This document shows, piece after piece, positions 1 to 8,445 of a stretch of 64,000 bases of DNA. Source of the stretch: Paludibacteraceae bacterium (GTDB lineage Bacteria; Bacteroidota; Bacteroidia; Bacteroidales; Paludibacteraceae); assembly GCA_047973025.1 (NCBI GenBank), contig JBKEBE010000006.1:5386-69385 (forward strand), given 5' to 3'. The notes under the pieces were generated by a model, which saw nothing but the letters and a program-made list of their open reading frames with translations, made no database searches and was not told the DNA's origin. The translations under genes were made by a program, and so were the position numbers. Positions within the stretch are counted from its first letter, which is position 1. Every line of letters begins with the position of its first letter.

Positions 1-1
1 T

Positions 2-1357
2 CCCTCGGAAGAAAGTTTCTACACGTTTATTGAACCTGCCTTGTGCTTTTTCAATCAGGAAACCAACTACAAAAGTTCGCCGTCGCCCTTCGGCATCAAA
101 ATGGCGGACAGGCTCACGGGAAAACCGCTGCATCTGGATATTTCCGACCTGCCGATGAAAAAAGGAATCATCACCAACCGGAATAAGTTCGTCCTCGGTC
201 CTTCGGGAAGCGGCAAATCCTTCTTTATGAACCACCTCATACGGCAGTACTACGAACAGGGAACGCACGTGCTGATGGTGGATACGGGTAATTCTTACCA
301 AGGATTGAGCAATCTCATTCATCAAAAAACCAAAGGCGAAGACGGAATTTACTACACTTACACCGATGAAAATCCCATCTCTTTCAATCCTTTCTACACC
401 GAAGATTTCGTGTACGACGTGGAAAAACGGGAAAGCATCAAAACGCTGATTATGACCCTCTGGAAACGGGACGACGAACCGCCTTCGCGCTCGGAGGAGG
501 TCGCCCTGTCCAATGCCGTTGCCCTTTACATCGAAAAAATCAAATCGGACAGAAGCATCAAACCCTGTTTCGATTCCTTTTACGAATACGTGAAAAGCGG
601 GTACCGGGACATGCTGAAAACCAAAGAAGTCCGCGAAAAAGATTTTGACATTGCCGGATTTCTCAACGTGCTCGAACCTTACTACAAAGGGGGCGAATAC
701 GATTTCCTGCTCAATTCGGACAAGGAACTGGATCTGCTCTCCAAACGTTTTATCGTGTTTGAAATAGATGCCATCAAAGACCACAAAATCCTGTTCCCGA
801 TTACCACCATCATCATTATGGAAGTATTTATCAACAAAATGAGGCGGTTGAAGGGCGTACGCAAAGTAATCGCCATCGAGGAAGCGTGGAAGGCGATTGC
901 ATCGGCAAATATGGCGGATTACATCAAATACCTCTACAAAACGGTGCGGAAATATTTCGGCGAAGCCATCGTGGTAACGCAGGAAGTGGACGATATCATC
1001 CAAAGTCCCATTGTGAAAGAAAGCATCATCAACAATTCGGACTGTAAAATCCTGCTTGACCAGCGCAAGTATATGAACAAGTTTGATGACATTCAGACGA
1101 TGCTCGGACTGACCGAAAAGGAGAAGTCACAAATCCTTTCCATCAACCAAAACAACGTGGCAAGCCGAATGTACAAGGAGGTTTGGATTGGTTTGGGCGG
1201 AACGCATTCTGCCGTGTATGCCACCGAAGTTTCTACCGAGGAATACCTGTGCTACACTACCGAAGAGACCGAAAAAGTAGAGGTGATGAAGCTTGCCGAA
1301 AAACTGGGTGGGGATATGGAGATGGCTATTAAAAGATTGACGACCCCTAACCCCTAA
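2..1357 (+). CDS. traG: Conjugal transfer ATPase TraG (VirB4-like), 5'-truncated by the window edge
   Basis: The frame is open from position 2. Walker A is GPSGSGKS. The TTG start at 41 in the ORF track is a truncation artefact. The gene sits first in the tra block. Confidence 0.85.
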   Translation, partial: PSEESFYTFIEPALCFFNQETNYKSSPSPFGIKMADRLTGKPLHLDISDLPMKKGIITNRNKFVLGPSGSGKSFFMNHLIRQYYEQGTHVLMVDTGNSYQGLSNLIHQKTKGEDGIYYTYTDENPISFNPFYTEDFVYDVEKRESIKTLIMTLWKRDDEPPSRSEEVALSNAVALYIEKIKSDRSIKPCFDSFYEYVKSGYRDMLKTKEVREKDFDIAGFLNVLEPYYKGGEYDFLLNSDKELDLLSKRFIVFEIDAIKDHKILFPITTIIIMEVFINKMRRLKGVRKVIAIEEAWKAIASANMADYIKYLYKTVRKYFGEAIVVTQEVDDIIQSPIVKESIINNSDCKILLDQRKYMNKFDDIQTMLGLTEKEKSQILSINQNNVASRMYKEVWIGLGGTHSAVYATEVSTEEYLCYTTEETEKVEVMKLAEKLGGDMEMAIKRLTTPNP

Positions 1358-1365
1358 AGGGGAAC
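1344..1365. repeat. C/G-tract hairpin element copy E1 (arm then hairpin)
   Basis: Sequence is cccctaa + cccc-taaa-gggg + aac. The traG stop codon (1355-1357) lies in the hairpin loop. Confidence 0.7.
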
Positions 1366-1434
1366 TTGAGGAAGTGCAAGTATTTAGCATTTCAGAAAAA
1401 AAGAAGATTTACAAACCATTAAATTCAATGTAAA

Positions 1435-2067
1435 ATGAAACAGAAAATTTTATTTTTAACAATCGCATTAGCTTCGTTATTTACACCAAAAGCAAATGCC
1501 CAATTTATCGTGAACGACCCGATTAATGTTGCCACCAGCATTGCCAATACGGTAAAAGAAGTGGTTCAGACATCGAAAACGGTAAAAAATACGCTCGACA
1601 ATTTCAAGGAGGTCGAGAAAGTGTATAAGCAGGGAAAGGATTACTACGACAAGCTGCGCAAGGTAAACGACCTGGTAAAAGATGCCCGGAAAGTACAGCA
1701 GACCATCCTGATGGTGGGCGACATTTCCGACTTGTACGTGAACAGCTACAAGCTGATGCTGCAGGACAAGAATTTCTCGTTCGAGGAACTCACGGCAATT
1801 GCTTTCGGATACTCCAAACTTTTGGAAGAGAGCGCCGCCCTGCTCAAAGAACTGAAAGGGATCGTCAATCCTTCCACGCTTTCGTTCAACGACAAGGAGC
1901 GGATGGATTTAATCGACCAGATCTACAAAGAAGTAAGCGAGTACCGCTCATTGGTAAGCTATTACACGAATAAAAACATATCGGTTTCTTACCTGCGTGC
2001 CAAAAAACAGAACGATGCGCAGCGCGTGATTGATCTGTACGGATCGGTGAATGACAGGTATTGGTAA
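1435..2067 (+). CDS. traI: Conjugative transposon protein TraI-like (DUF4141-like), secreted
   Basis: 210 aa with an N-terminal signal peptide ending ANAQ. Position and length match Bacteroides TraI. There is no traH-sized ORF between traG and this gene. Confidence 0.6.
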   Translation: MKQKILFLTIALASLFTPKANAQFIVNDPINVATSIANTVKEVVQTSKTVKNTLDNFKEVEKVYKQGKDYYDKLRKVNDLVKDARKVQQTILMVGDISDLYVNSYKLMLQDKNFSFEELTAIAFGYSKLLEESAALLKELKGIVNPSTLSFNDKERMDLIDQIYKEVSEYRSLVSYYTNKNISVSYLRAKKQNDAQRVIDLYGSVNDRYW

Positions 2068-2072
2068 TTTCA

Positions 2073-2186
2073 GTAAACGAGTAAACTAACAGTAAACAAG
2101 AAAACAGAGTAAACAGAGTAAACGAGAATACGGGTAAACCGCATTAACTTTTACACACTGTCTTGTCCACTTGTTTACCTGTCCAC
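2073..2186 (+). repeat. Array of six direct (A)GTAAAC repeats, one inverted GTTTAC and a TGTCCAC pair in the traI-traJ spacer
   Basis: GTAAAC occurs at 2073, 2081, 2092, 2109, 2118 and 2134. GTTTAC is at 2173-2178. TGTCCAC is at 2164-2170 and 2180-2186. Confidence 0.8.
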
Positions 2187-2202
2187 AAAAAACTAATATT
2201 TT

Positions 2203-3198
2203 ATGGACTTTAACAACTTACATCAGGTGCTCCGTGCACTGTACGAAGAGATGATGCCTCTTTGCGGAAGCATGATAGGCATTGCCAAGGGAATTGCAGG
2301 CACGGGTGCCTTGTTTTACGTCGCCCACCGGGTTTGGCAATCACTTTCAAGGGCTGAAGAGATAGACGTGTATCCGCTCCTGCGCCCGTTTGCCATCGGT
2401 TTCTGCATCCTGTTCTTTTCATCTGCCGTGCTGGGAACGCTAAACGGCGTACTCTCGCCGGTGGTAAAAGGAACCAATTCGATGCTGAAAACGCAGACGC
2501 TCGACATGAACAAACTCCGGGAACAGCGGGACAAGCTCGAACGGGAAGCGATGCTCCGCAATCCCGAAACGGCTTTTTTGGTCAGCAACGAAGAATTCGA
2601 CAAGAGAATCGAAGACATGCAGGGGCTTAACCCCAAGCATTTGGCCACCATAACTTCCATGTATGTGGAACGGGGCATGTACAACCTGAAAAAGACGATG
2701 CAGGACGCATTCAAGTCTTTTTTGGAAATCCTGTTCCAGGCCGCCGCGCTGATAATCGACACCATCCGCACCTTCTACCTGATCGTGCTTTCCATTTTGG
2801 GACCGATAGCGTTTGCCATCGGCATTTACGACGGTTTTCAATCCACCATCACGGGATGGCTCAGCCGGTACATTTCGGTGTATCTGTGGCTTCCCGTTTC
2901 GGATTTGTTCAGCACCATGCTTGCCCGCATACAGACCTTGATGATAGACAAAGAGATAACCGCCCTGCAGAACCCGTCGTATATCCCGGATGGTTCGAGC
3001 GTGGTGTACATCGTGTTTATGCTGATTGGCATCGTGGGTTATTTCGTCGTTCCCACTGTTTCGGGCTGGATCATTCAGGCAGGAGGCATGGGCAACTACG
3101 GCAAAAACCTCAGCCAATCCATTCAGAAAGGCGGAGCAGCAGCAGGCGCCGGAGCAGGCGCTGCCGGGGGAAATATTATGGGAAAATTGAAAAAGTGA
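2203..3198 (+). CDS. traJ: Conjugative transposon membrane protein TraJ (VirB6-like)
   Basis: 331 aa with several hydrophobic spans and a Gly/Ala-rich C-terminus. Position and length match TraJ. Confidence 0.8.
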   Translation: MDFNNLHQVLRALYEEMMPLCGSMIGIAKGIAGTGALFYVAHRVWQSLSRAEEIDVYPLLRPFAIGFCILFFSSAVLGTLNGVLSPVVKGTNSMLKTQTLDMNKLREQRDKLEREAMLRNPETAFLVSNEEFDKRIEDMQGLNPKHLATITSMYVERGMYNLKKTMQDAFKSFLEILFQAAALIIDTIRTFYLIVLSILGPIAFAIGIYDGFQSTITGWLSRYISVYLWLPVSDLFSTMLARIQTLMIDKEITALQNPSYIPDGSSVVYIVFMLIGIVGYFVVPTVSGWIIQAGGMGNYGKNLSQSIQKGGAAAGAGAGAAGGNIMGKLKK

Positions 3199-3205
3199 AA
3201 AAACT

Positions 3206-3231
3206 GCCCCCTAACCCCCTGAAGGGGGAAC
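3206..3231. repeat. Hairpin element copy E2 (arm then hairpin)
   Basis: Sequence is gccccctaa + ccccc-tgaa-ggggg + aac, 8 nt after the traJ stop. Confidence 0.75.
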
Positions 3232-3310
3232 TATTAGGGCAGGTCAAAACTCGTAAAAATATATTTTACAATACTTAAACAAGAAAACAATGAGTAATAA
3301 CACTAAAACA

Positions 3311-3334
3311 CCCCCTAAAGGGGGATGGGGGGCT
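3311..3334. repeat. Hairpin element copy E3 (hairpin then arm)
   Basis: Sequence is ccccc-taaa-ggggg + atggggggct, immediately upstream of the traK ATG. Confidence 0.75.
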
Positions 3335-3338
3335 GATC

Positions 3339-3962
3339 ATGGAATTTAAATCATTAAAAAACATCGAAACATCTTTTAAGCAGATACGGCTGTATGCACT
3401 TGTGTTCGGCATGCTCTGCACGCTGACGGTGGGTTTTGCCCTTTGGAAATCCTACGGTTTCGCCGAAGCGCAGCGCCAAAAAGTGTATGTGCTGGACAGC
3501 GGAAAATCGCTGATCGTTGCCCTTTCGCAGAATGCGGCGCTGAACCGCCCCGTGGAAGCACGAGAACACGTGCGCCGTTTCCACGAACTGTTTTTCACGC
3601 TGTCGCCCGATAAGTCGGCAATCGAAAGCAACATGAAGCGGGCTTTTTTTTTAGCAGACCAGTCGGCATTTAATTACTACAAGGACCTTTCGGAGAAAGG
3701 ATACTACAACCGCATCATCTCGGGAAATATCCAACAGCGGATTGAGATAGACAGCGTGCAGTGCGATTTTGCACAGTACCCGTATGAAGCACGCACCTTT
3801 GCGCGGCAGTACATCGTCCGTTCGAGTAGCATTACCGAACGAAGCCTCATAACATCCTGCCGGCTGATCAATTCCACCCGTTCGGACAACAACCCGCAGG
3901 GATTCGTCATCGAAGATTTCATCGTCAGGGAGAACAGGGATTTACAAACCATTAAAAGGTAA
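3339..3962 (+). CDS. traK: Conjugative transposon protein TraK
   Basis: 207 aa with one N-terminal TM segment. Position and length match TraK. Confidence 0.8.
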   Translation: MEFKSLKNIETSFKQIRLYALVFGMLCTLTVGFALWKSYGFAEAQRQKVYVLDSGKSLIVALSQNAALNRPVEAREHVRRFHELFFTLSPDKSAIESNMKRAFFLADQSAFNYYKDLSEKGYYNRIISGNIQQRIEIDSVQCDFAQYPYEARTFARQYIVRSSSITERSLITSCRLINSTRSDNNPQGFVIEDFIVRENRDLQTIKR

Positions 3963-3967
3963 AAATC

Positions 3968-4237
3968 ATGAAAAAGATATTGGATGAAATAACCCGGAAA
4001 CGGAACGGCTTCAATGAAAAATTGAAAAACCGGCTGGAAAGGATGACGCCCGACGCCCGGATGCGTACCATCCTCATCCTGCTGACTGCGTATGCACTGG
4101 CGACGGTATTTTTCCTCGTTCGGGGGTTTTCCGGGGGAAGCAGGAGCAGGTTTGAAGTTAAACACATTGAACCTGCAGAGCTTGAAAAAAAGACCGGTGG
4201 AAAGCCGGCTCCTAATGATTCGGCATACCGCTATTAA
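3968..4237 (+). CDS. traL: Conjugative transposon protein TraL-like (small, single TM)
   Basis: 89 aa, starting 5 nt after the traK stop, with one TM span (ILILLTAYALATVFFLV). Confidence 0.65.
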   Translation: MKKILDEITRKRNGFNEKLKNRLERMTPDARMRTILILLTAYALATVFFLVRGFSGGSRSRFEVKHIEPAELEKKTGGKPAPNDSAYRY

Positions 4238-4291
4238 CCTGCCTGACGGCAGATAAACAAATTAAAAAAAACAACTAACAATTTTTTAAAA

Positions 4292-5668
4292 ATGGAAAAT
4301 CAAAAAAATGAACTTGAAACCGGAATCTCTAATGAAATGCAGGATGACGGTGAAAATAGAAAAGAGGGGAAAAAGCCGGTTGAAAAAGAGCGGCGCACCC
4401 TTTCTCCCGAAGAAATTCAGAAACGGAAGAAAATGCTGATTTATCCGCTGATGGTACTCGTGTTTATCGGCGCACTGTATTGGATTTTTGCCCCTTCAAA
4501 AGCCGAAAAAGAAAAGCAGGAAACGGGACAGGGGTTAAACCTGGAAATTCCGCAGGTAAGCGGGGGCGATCTGCCGGACGATAAAGAAACCGCCTACAAG
4601 CAGGCGGACATGGAGCAGAAAGAGAGTGAAAGGCAGTCGGCGATCGGTGCGCTGTCCGATTTTTTCGGAGGAACGCAGAAAGCACACAGCCGTCCCGAAG
4701 AGTGGGAATTAGCCGCCGAACCGGATTACAGCAATGCCGGACACAACGAAATCCGCCAATCGGCATCGGCTTACGGTGACATCCGCCGCACGCTCGGAAA
4801 CTTCTACGAAGACAACTCGAAGACGGATGCCCTGCAGATGCAGATTGATGAACTGCAGGCACAGTTAAACGAAAAGAAGAATGCAGAATCGGAAAACGAC
4901 GAACTGCAGAAACAGTTGGAGCTGATGGAAAAATCGTATGAACTGGCATCCAAGTACATGCCCCAATCATCGGGAACGATGGCAGAACCTTTTGGAAATC
5001 CGGCAGGACATTCGACCGAAAGCGCTCCGAAAGCAGTCGGAACGGAGAGCAAAGAACCCGTATTCACCGTGTTGCCCGATGCGAAAAACGTCGTCTCGGC
5101 ACTTTACCGGGATGTACCTAACAGCGTGTTCATCGCCGAGCAGTCGCAGGAACGCAACCGCTATTTTATTTCCGGAACGGATGACTTTGATGATGCTTTC
5201 GACAAAAATACGCTGAAAGTTTCCGTCCACGAAACGGTAACGCTCAAAGACGGCGAAACCGTCCGCCTGCGTCTGTTGGAAACGGCCCGGGTAGCCGGAA
5301 TGCTTATCCCCAAAAACAAAATCCTGACCGCACAGGCAAAAATTCAAGGCAGCCGCCTGTCGCTTTCGGTTACCCACATCGAACAGCAGGGGCGGATTGT
5401 CGCCGTGAGCCTGTCGGCGCACGATTTGGATGGACAGCCGGGCATTCTCATTCCCAATTCGGAAGAGATGAATGCCGTGAAAGAGGTCGTTGCAGGAATG
5501 GGACAATCGGCGGGAACGAGCTTCACGTTCAATTCATCCGCAGGACAGCAGTTAGCGTCTGATGCCGGAAGAGGCGTGATGCAGGGTGCATCGCAGTACC
5601 TGAACAAAAAAATGCGGGAAGTGAAAGTTACGCTCAAAACGGGGCATCTGCTTTATTTAGCCCCCTAA
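4292..5668 (+). CDS. traM: Conjugative transposon protein TraM (VirB10-like position)
   Basis: 458 aa with an N-terminal TM segment, an acidic coiled-coil middle region and a conserved C-terminal domain. Position matches TraM. Confidence 0.8.
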   Translation: MENQKNELETGISNEMQDDGENRKEGKKPVEKERRTLSPEEIQKRKKMLIYPLMVLVFIGALYWIFAPSKAEKEKQETGQGLNLEIPQVSGGDLPDDKETAYKQADMEQKESERQSAIGALSDFFGGTQKAHSRPEEWELAAEPDYSNAGHNEIRQSASAYGDIRRTLGNFYEDNSKTDALQMQIDELQAQLNEKKNAESENDELQKQLELMEKSYELASKYMPQSSGTMAEPFGNPAGHSTESAPKAVGTESKEPVFTVLPDAKNVVSALYRDVPNSVFIAEQSQERNRYFISGTDDFDDAFDKNTLKVSVHETVTLKDGETVRLRLLETARVAGMLIPKNKILTAQAKIQGSRLSLSVTHIEQQGRIVAVSLSAHDLDGQPGILIPNSEEMNAVKEVVAGMGQSAGTSFTFNSSAGQQLASDAGRGVMQGASQYLNKKMREVKVTLKTGHLLYLAP

Positions 5669-5686
5669 ATCCCCCGCAAGGGGGAC
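5659..5686. repeat. Hairpin element copy E4 (arm then hairpin)
   Basis: Sequence is agccccctaaat + ccccc-gcaa-ggggg + ac. The traM stop codon (5666-5668) lies inside the arm. Confidence 0.8.
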
Positions 5687-5736
5687 TTTTAAAACCAAAT
5701 ACATAATCAAATTTTTATTCTAACATAGTCTGAAAA

Positions 5737-5767
5737 AGCCTTCCCTTCGGGAAGGTTTGGATGGGCT
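5737..5767. repeat. Hairpin element copy E5 (hairpin then arm)
   Basis: Sequence is agccttccc-ttcg-ggaagg + tttggatgggct. Confidence 0.8.
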
Positions 5768-5783
5768 TTAAATTCATAACAAT

Positions 5784-6704
5784 ATGAAAATCAAACAATT
5801 TCTTTTAGCAACAATTTTGCTGGCAGGCACATTTTCTGCCAACGCCCAATTCGGAACGGGCGACCTGTATCAAGGAATGAGCCGAAACATCCCCGGCGGG
5901 CGAGTGGTACTGCCTTACGGACTTTCCGTAACGTACGACAAAACCGTCCATCTTATTTTTCCTGCACAAATCCGTTACGTGGATTTGGGAAGTTCCAACA
6001 TCATCGCCGGAAAAGCCGAAGATGCCGACAACGTGCTTCGGGTGAAAGCGTCCGTGCGGGATTTTGAGACAGAAACCAATCTTTCGGTCATCTGCGACGA
6101 CGGCAGTTTCTTTGCCTTCAACGTGAAATACGCCGAAGAACCGGAACGGCTGAACATCGAGATGCAGGATTTTCTCCATTCGGGAGCGGGTAATCTGCCG
6201 ACCAACAAAGCCGATATTTATTTCAAAGAATTGGGCAATCAGTCGCCTGTGTTGGTTAAGCTGATTATGAAAACGATATGGCAAAACGACCGCAGGGAAA
6301 TCAAGCACATCGGCTCGAAAAAGTTCGGCGTACAATTCTTATTGCGAGGCTTATACACGCATAATGGACTTTTTTATTTTCACACGCTTACCAAAAACCA
6401 AAGTCAAATGCCGTTCAATATCGACTTCGTTACCTTCAAAGTAGTGGATAAAAAAGTGGCGAAACGCACCGCCATTCAAGAGCAAATCCTGCAACCGCTC
6501 CGCATCCACAACGACATTGTCCGCATCGGCGGAAACCAATCGAAACGCTCCGTGTTCGCACTCGAACAGTTTACTTTGCCCGATGATAAAGTATTGGAAG
6601 TTACGCTTTTCGAGCAAAACGGCGGACGGCATCAGACTTTCATCGTGGAAAACGAGGATTTAATCCGTGCAAAAAACATTGATAACCTGAAATTGAAATT
6701 TTGA
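5784..6704 (+). CDS. traN: Conjugative transposon protein TraN
   Basis: 306 aa with a signal peptide ending SANAQ. Position and length match TraN. Confidence 0.8.
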   Translation: MKIKQFLLATILLAGTFSANAQFGTGDLYQGMSRNIPGGRVVLPYGLSVTYDKTVHLIFPAQIRYVDLGSSNIIAGKAEDADNVLRVKASVRDFETETNLSVICDDGSFFAFNVKYAEEPERLNIEMQDFLHSGAGNLPTNKADIYFKELGNQSPVLVKLIMKTIWQNDRREIKHIGSKKFGVQFLLRGLYTHNGLFYFHTLTKNQSQMPFNIDFVTFKVVDKKVAKRTAIQEQILQPLRIHNDIVRIGGNQSKRSVFALEQFTLPDDKVLEVTLFEQNGGRHQTFIVENEDLIRAKNIDNLKLKF

Positions 6705-7300
6705 TGAAAAAGACGATGATTTTAATCGTGTGCCTTGTTGCGATAGCGGCAGTCACACACGCCCAACGGTTAATTCCGGGACAGCGGGGATTGCAATTAT
6801 CCTACATTTATCCGATTATTCCCACAAATGATAATCATTTGCAGCCCGCAAAAGCCCTCCCTACGGGAGGGTTTGGGTGGGCTTTGGCAATGACCATCAA
6901 TCACAAGCGAGCCAATCATTGGCTTTTCGGTTTAGAATACGCCAAGAAAAACTTTGCGTATCGAAACACAAAACTTCCTGTCGAAACTTTCGCTTTCGAG
7001 GGCGGATATATGCTCAATCTCTTTTCTGATGCCGGAAAGAACCTTTTGCTCAACACCGGAATTACCGCCGTTTCCGGTTACGAAACCGTTAATCGGGGCG
7101 AAAAACTTCTGCCCGACGGAGCAACTCTTTTGTCAAAAGACAAATTTGTTTACGGCGGAGCGTACCATTTGGCATTGGACGTTTTCGCAACGGACAACTT
7201 GGTGTTTTTCGTAAAAGGAAAGTGCAACGTGCTTTGGGGAAGCGATGTGGAGAGGTTTCGACCGCAGATAAATACAGGAATTAGAATAAGTCTGAACTAG
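6704..7300 (+). CDS. traO: Conjugative transposon protein TraO (outer-membrane beta-barrel-like)
   Basis: The ATG overlaps the traN TGA (TGATG). It has a signal peptide and the conserved PGQRGLQ motif, with alternating beta-strand-like sequence. Hairpin element E6 sits in frame within it. Confidence 0.75.
   Translation: MKKTMILIVCLVAIAAVTHAQRLIPGQRGLQLSYIYPIIPTNDNHLQPAKALPTGGFGWALAMTINHKRANHWLFGLEYAKKNFAYRNTKLPVETFAFEGGYMLNLFSDAGKNLLLNTGITAVSGYETVNRGEKLLPDGATLLSKDKFVYGGAYHLALDVFATDNLVFFVKGKCNVLWGSDVERFRPQINTGIRISLN
6853..6883. repeat. Hairpin element copy E6 (hairpin then arm), inside the traO coding sequence
   Basis: Sequence is agccctccc-tac-gggaggg + tttgggtgggct. It translates in the traO frame as ..KALPTGGFGWAL.. 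Confidence 0.8.
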
Positions 7301-7358
7301 GATTTATGTGATTTTTATGATTAAAAATGATTTTGTAAAACAATAAAAATGACTAAAA

Positions 7359-7808
7359 ATGAAACTAAAAAGTAAAATAATCAATAATTTATGGGTGGTG
7401 GGAGTGCTACTCATTGCCGGGTTTTGTCTATCTGCTTGCGATAACGAGCTGGATGTTCAGCAGGTGTATGAATTTGATATTCGCACGATGCCAGTGCGTA
7501 AAGAAATCCGCCAAAACGAAACCGCTGAAATCCGTTGTTCGCTAATCGAGAAAGGAAGTTTTTCCGATAATCGCTATACCATTCGTTACTTCCAATCAGA
7601 AGGATTTGGCGAACTTCGTTTAGGCAAAAACGGCGAAGTCTTTCTGCCTAATGACCGATATCCGCTTCCGGACAAAGAATTTCGACTGTACTACACTTCC
7701 CGCTCCAACGAAAGCCAGACCTTCGAGGTAGTGGTGGAAGATGGATTTGGAAATCAGAGGAGGTTGGAGTTTGAGTTTAGTGCTCAACGAGAAGAAATTA
7801 GGGAGTAA
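7359..7808 (+). CDS. traQ: Conjugative transposon lipoprotein TraQ (DUF3872-like)
   Basis: 149 aa with a lipobox (LSAC). The motifs TMPV, EIRC, YTIRYFQ and FRLYYTS resemble Bacteroides TraQ. Confidence 0.7.
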   Translation: MKLKSKIINNLWVVGVLLIAGFCLSACDNELDVQQVYEFDIRTMPVRKEIRQNETAEIRCSLIEKGSFSDNRYTIRYFQSEGFGELRLGKNGEVFLPNDRYPLPDKEFRLYYTSRSNESQTFEVVVEDGFGNQRRLEFEFSAQREEIRE

Positions 7809-7849
7809 AATCCCGATTTGTTTCATACTTTAATATTTAATAAATGCAG

Positions 7850-7885
7850 AAAAGCCCTTGCACGTGATGTGCTGGGGCTTTTTGG
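7850..7885 (+). terminator. Stem-loop after traQ, a possible end of the tra operon
   Basis: aaaagccc ... gggctttt with an inner gcac/gtgc pairing, followed by a T-run. Confidence 0.45.
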
Positions 7886-7902
7886 ATGAAATTAACCCAT
7901 TG

Positions 7903-8424
7903 TCAAATTAGAGAGGACCAGATTTTTAATCTTTTTTCTACTTCTCCAACTAACTTTTGATTGTTTCGAAAAAGAAAATTAGAAGCTATTAGTTGATTTA
8001 ATTTAGATATTGCGTCTCTTGGTGATAAAATTCCCGTTTCAACAAATTTATCAAAAATCCAAAACATACCGTGATACTCAATCTCTTTGTTTTTGGCGTA
8101 ATTTCGAAGAGTTTTATCACTGCTTAAAACGCAAGCGTTAATTTTGTTGGCGACGTGTAACACAGATTTATCAGCTTCTGATAAAGACTTTGGGTAATTT
8201 TCAAAGTAAATTTCAACAAAGTCTTGTTCGTGTAAATTATGAATAAAAAGCCTGCCAACGGACTGATAGGCTTGAAGTATTTCTTGTTGTTCCGAATACA
8301 ATTCGTATAAAACTGCAGAAGTAGTATGTATCTCTAATTCAAAATTGAAAAAAGATTTTGTCAAACCTATATCATACAAATCAATGAAAATATTAGCATC
8401 GGTAACGGCAATTTTTACTTTCAT
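7903..8424 (-). CDS. PIN-like (DUF4411-like) putative nuclease, second gene of the HTH-ImmA operon
   Basis: 173 aa. The N-terminal VTDANIFIDL looks like the first acidic motif of a PIN fold. Later acidic motifs are SEADKS and LSSDKTLR. It starts 21 nt after the upstream stop. Assignment is by eye only. Confidence 0.5.
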   Translation of the reverse strand: MKVKIAVTDANIFIDLYDIGLTKSFFNFELEIHTTSAVLYELYSEQQEILQAYQSVGRLFIHNLHEQDFVEIYFENYPKSLSEADKSVLHVANKINACVLSSDKTLRNYAKNKEIEYHGMFWIFDKFVETGILSPRDAISKLNQLIASNFLFRNNQKLVGEVEKRLKIWSSLI

Positions 8425-8445
8425 AGCTTAACACATATTATGAAA

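Noticed and set aside
41-1357. A TTG start at position 41 for the first ORF.
   Set aside because: The frame is open back to the window edge, and TraG proteins are about twice this length. The gene is truncated by the window.
2316-3117. Long antisense ORFs inside traJ (151 and 225 aa). Similar ones lie inside traM (4464-5637) and traN (5805-6632).
   Set aside because: They lie wholly within well-supported, GC-richer tra genes on the opposite strand. Their products are Arg/His/Cys-rich and not protein-like. These are typical shadow ORFs.
3290-3349. A 19-codon upstream ORF (MSNNTKTPPKGGWGADHGI) overlapping the traK start.
   Set aside because: Most of its sequence is simply the translated hairpin element E3, and nothing supports it as coding.
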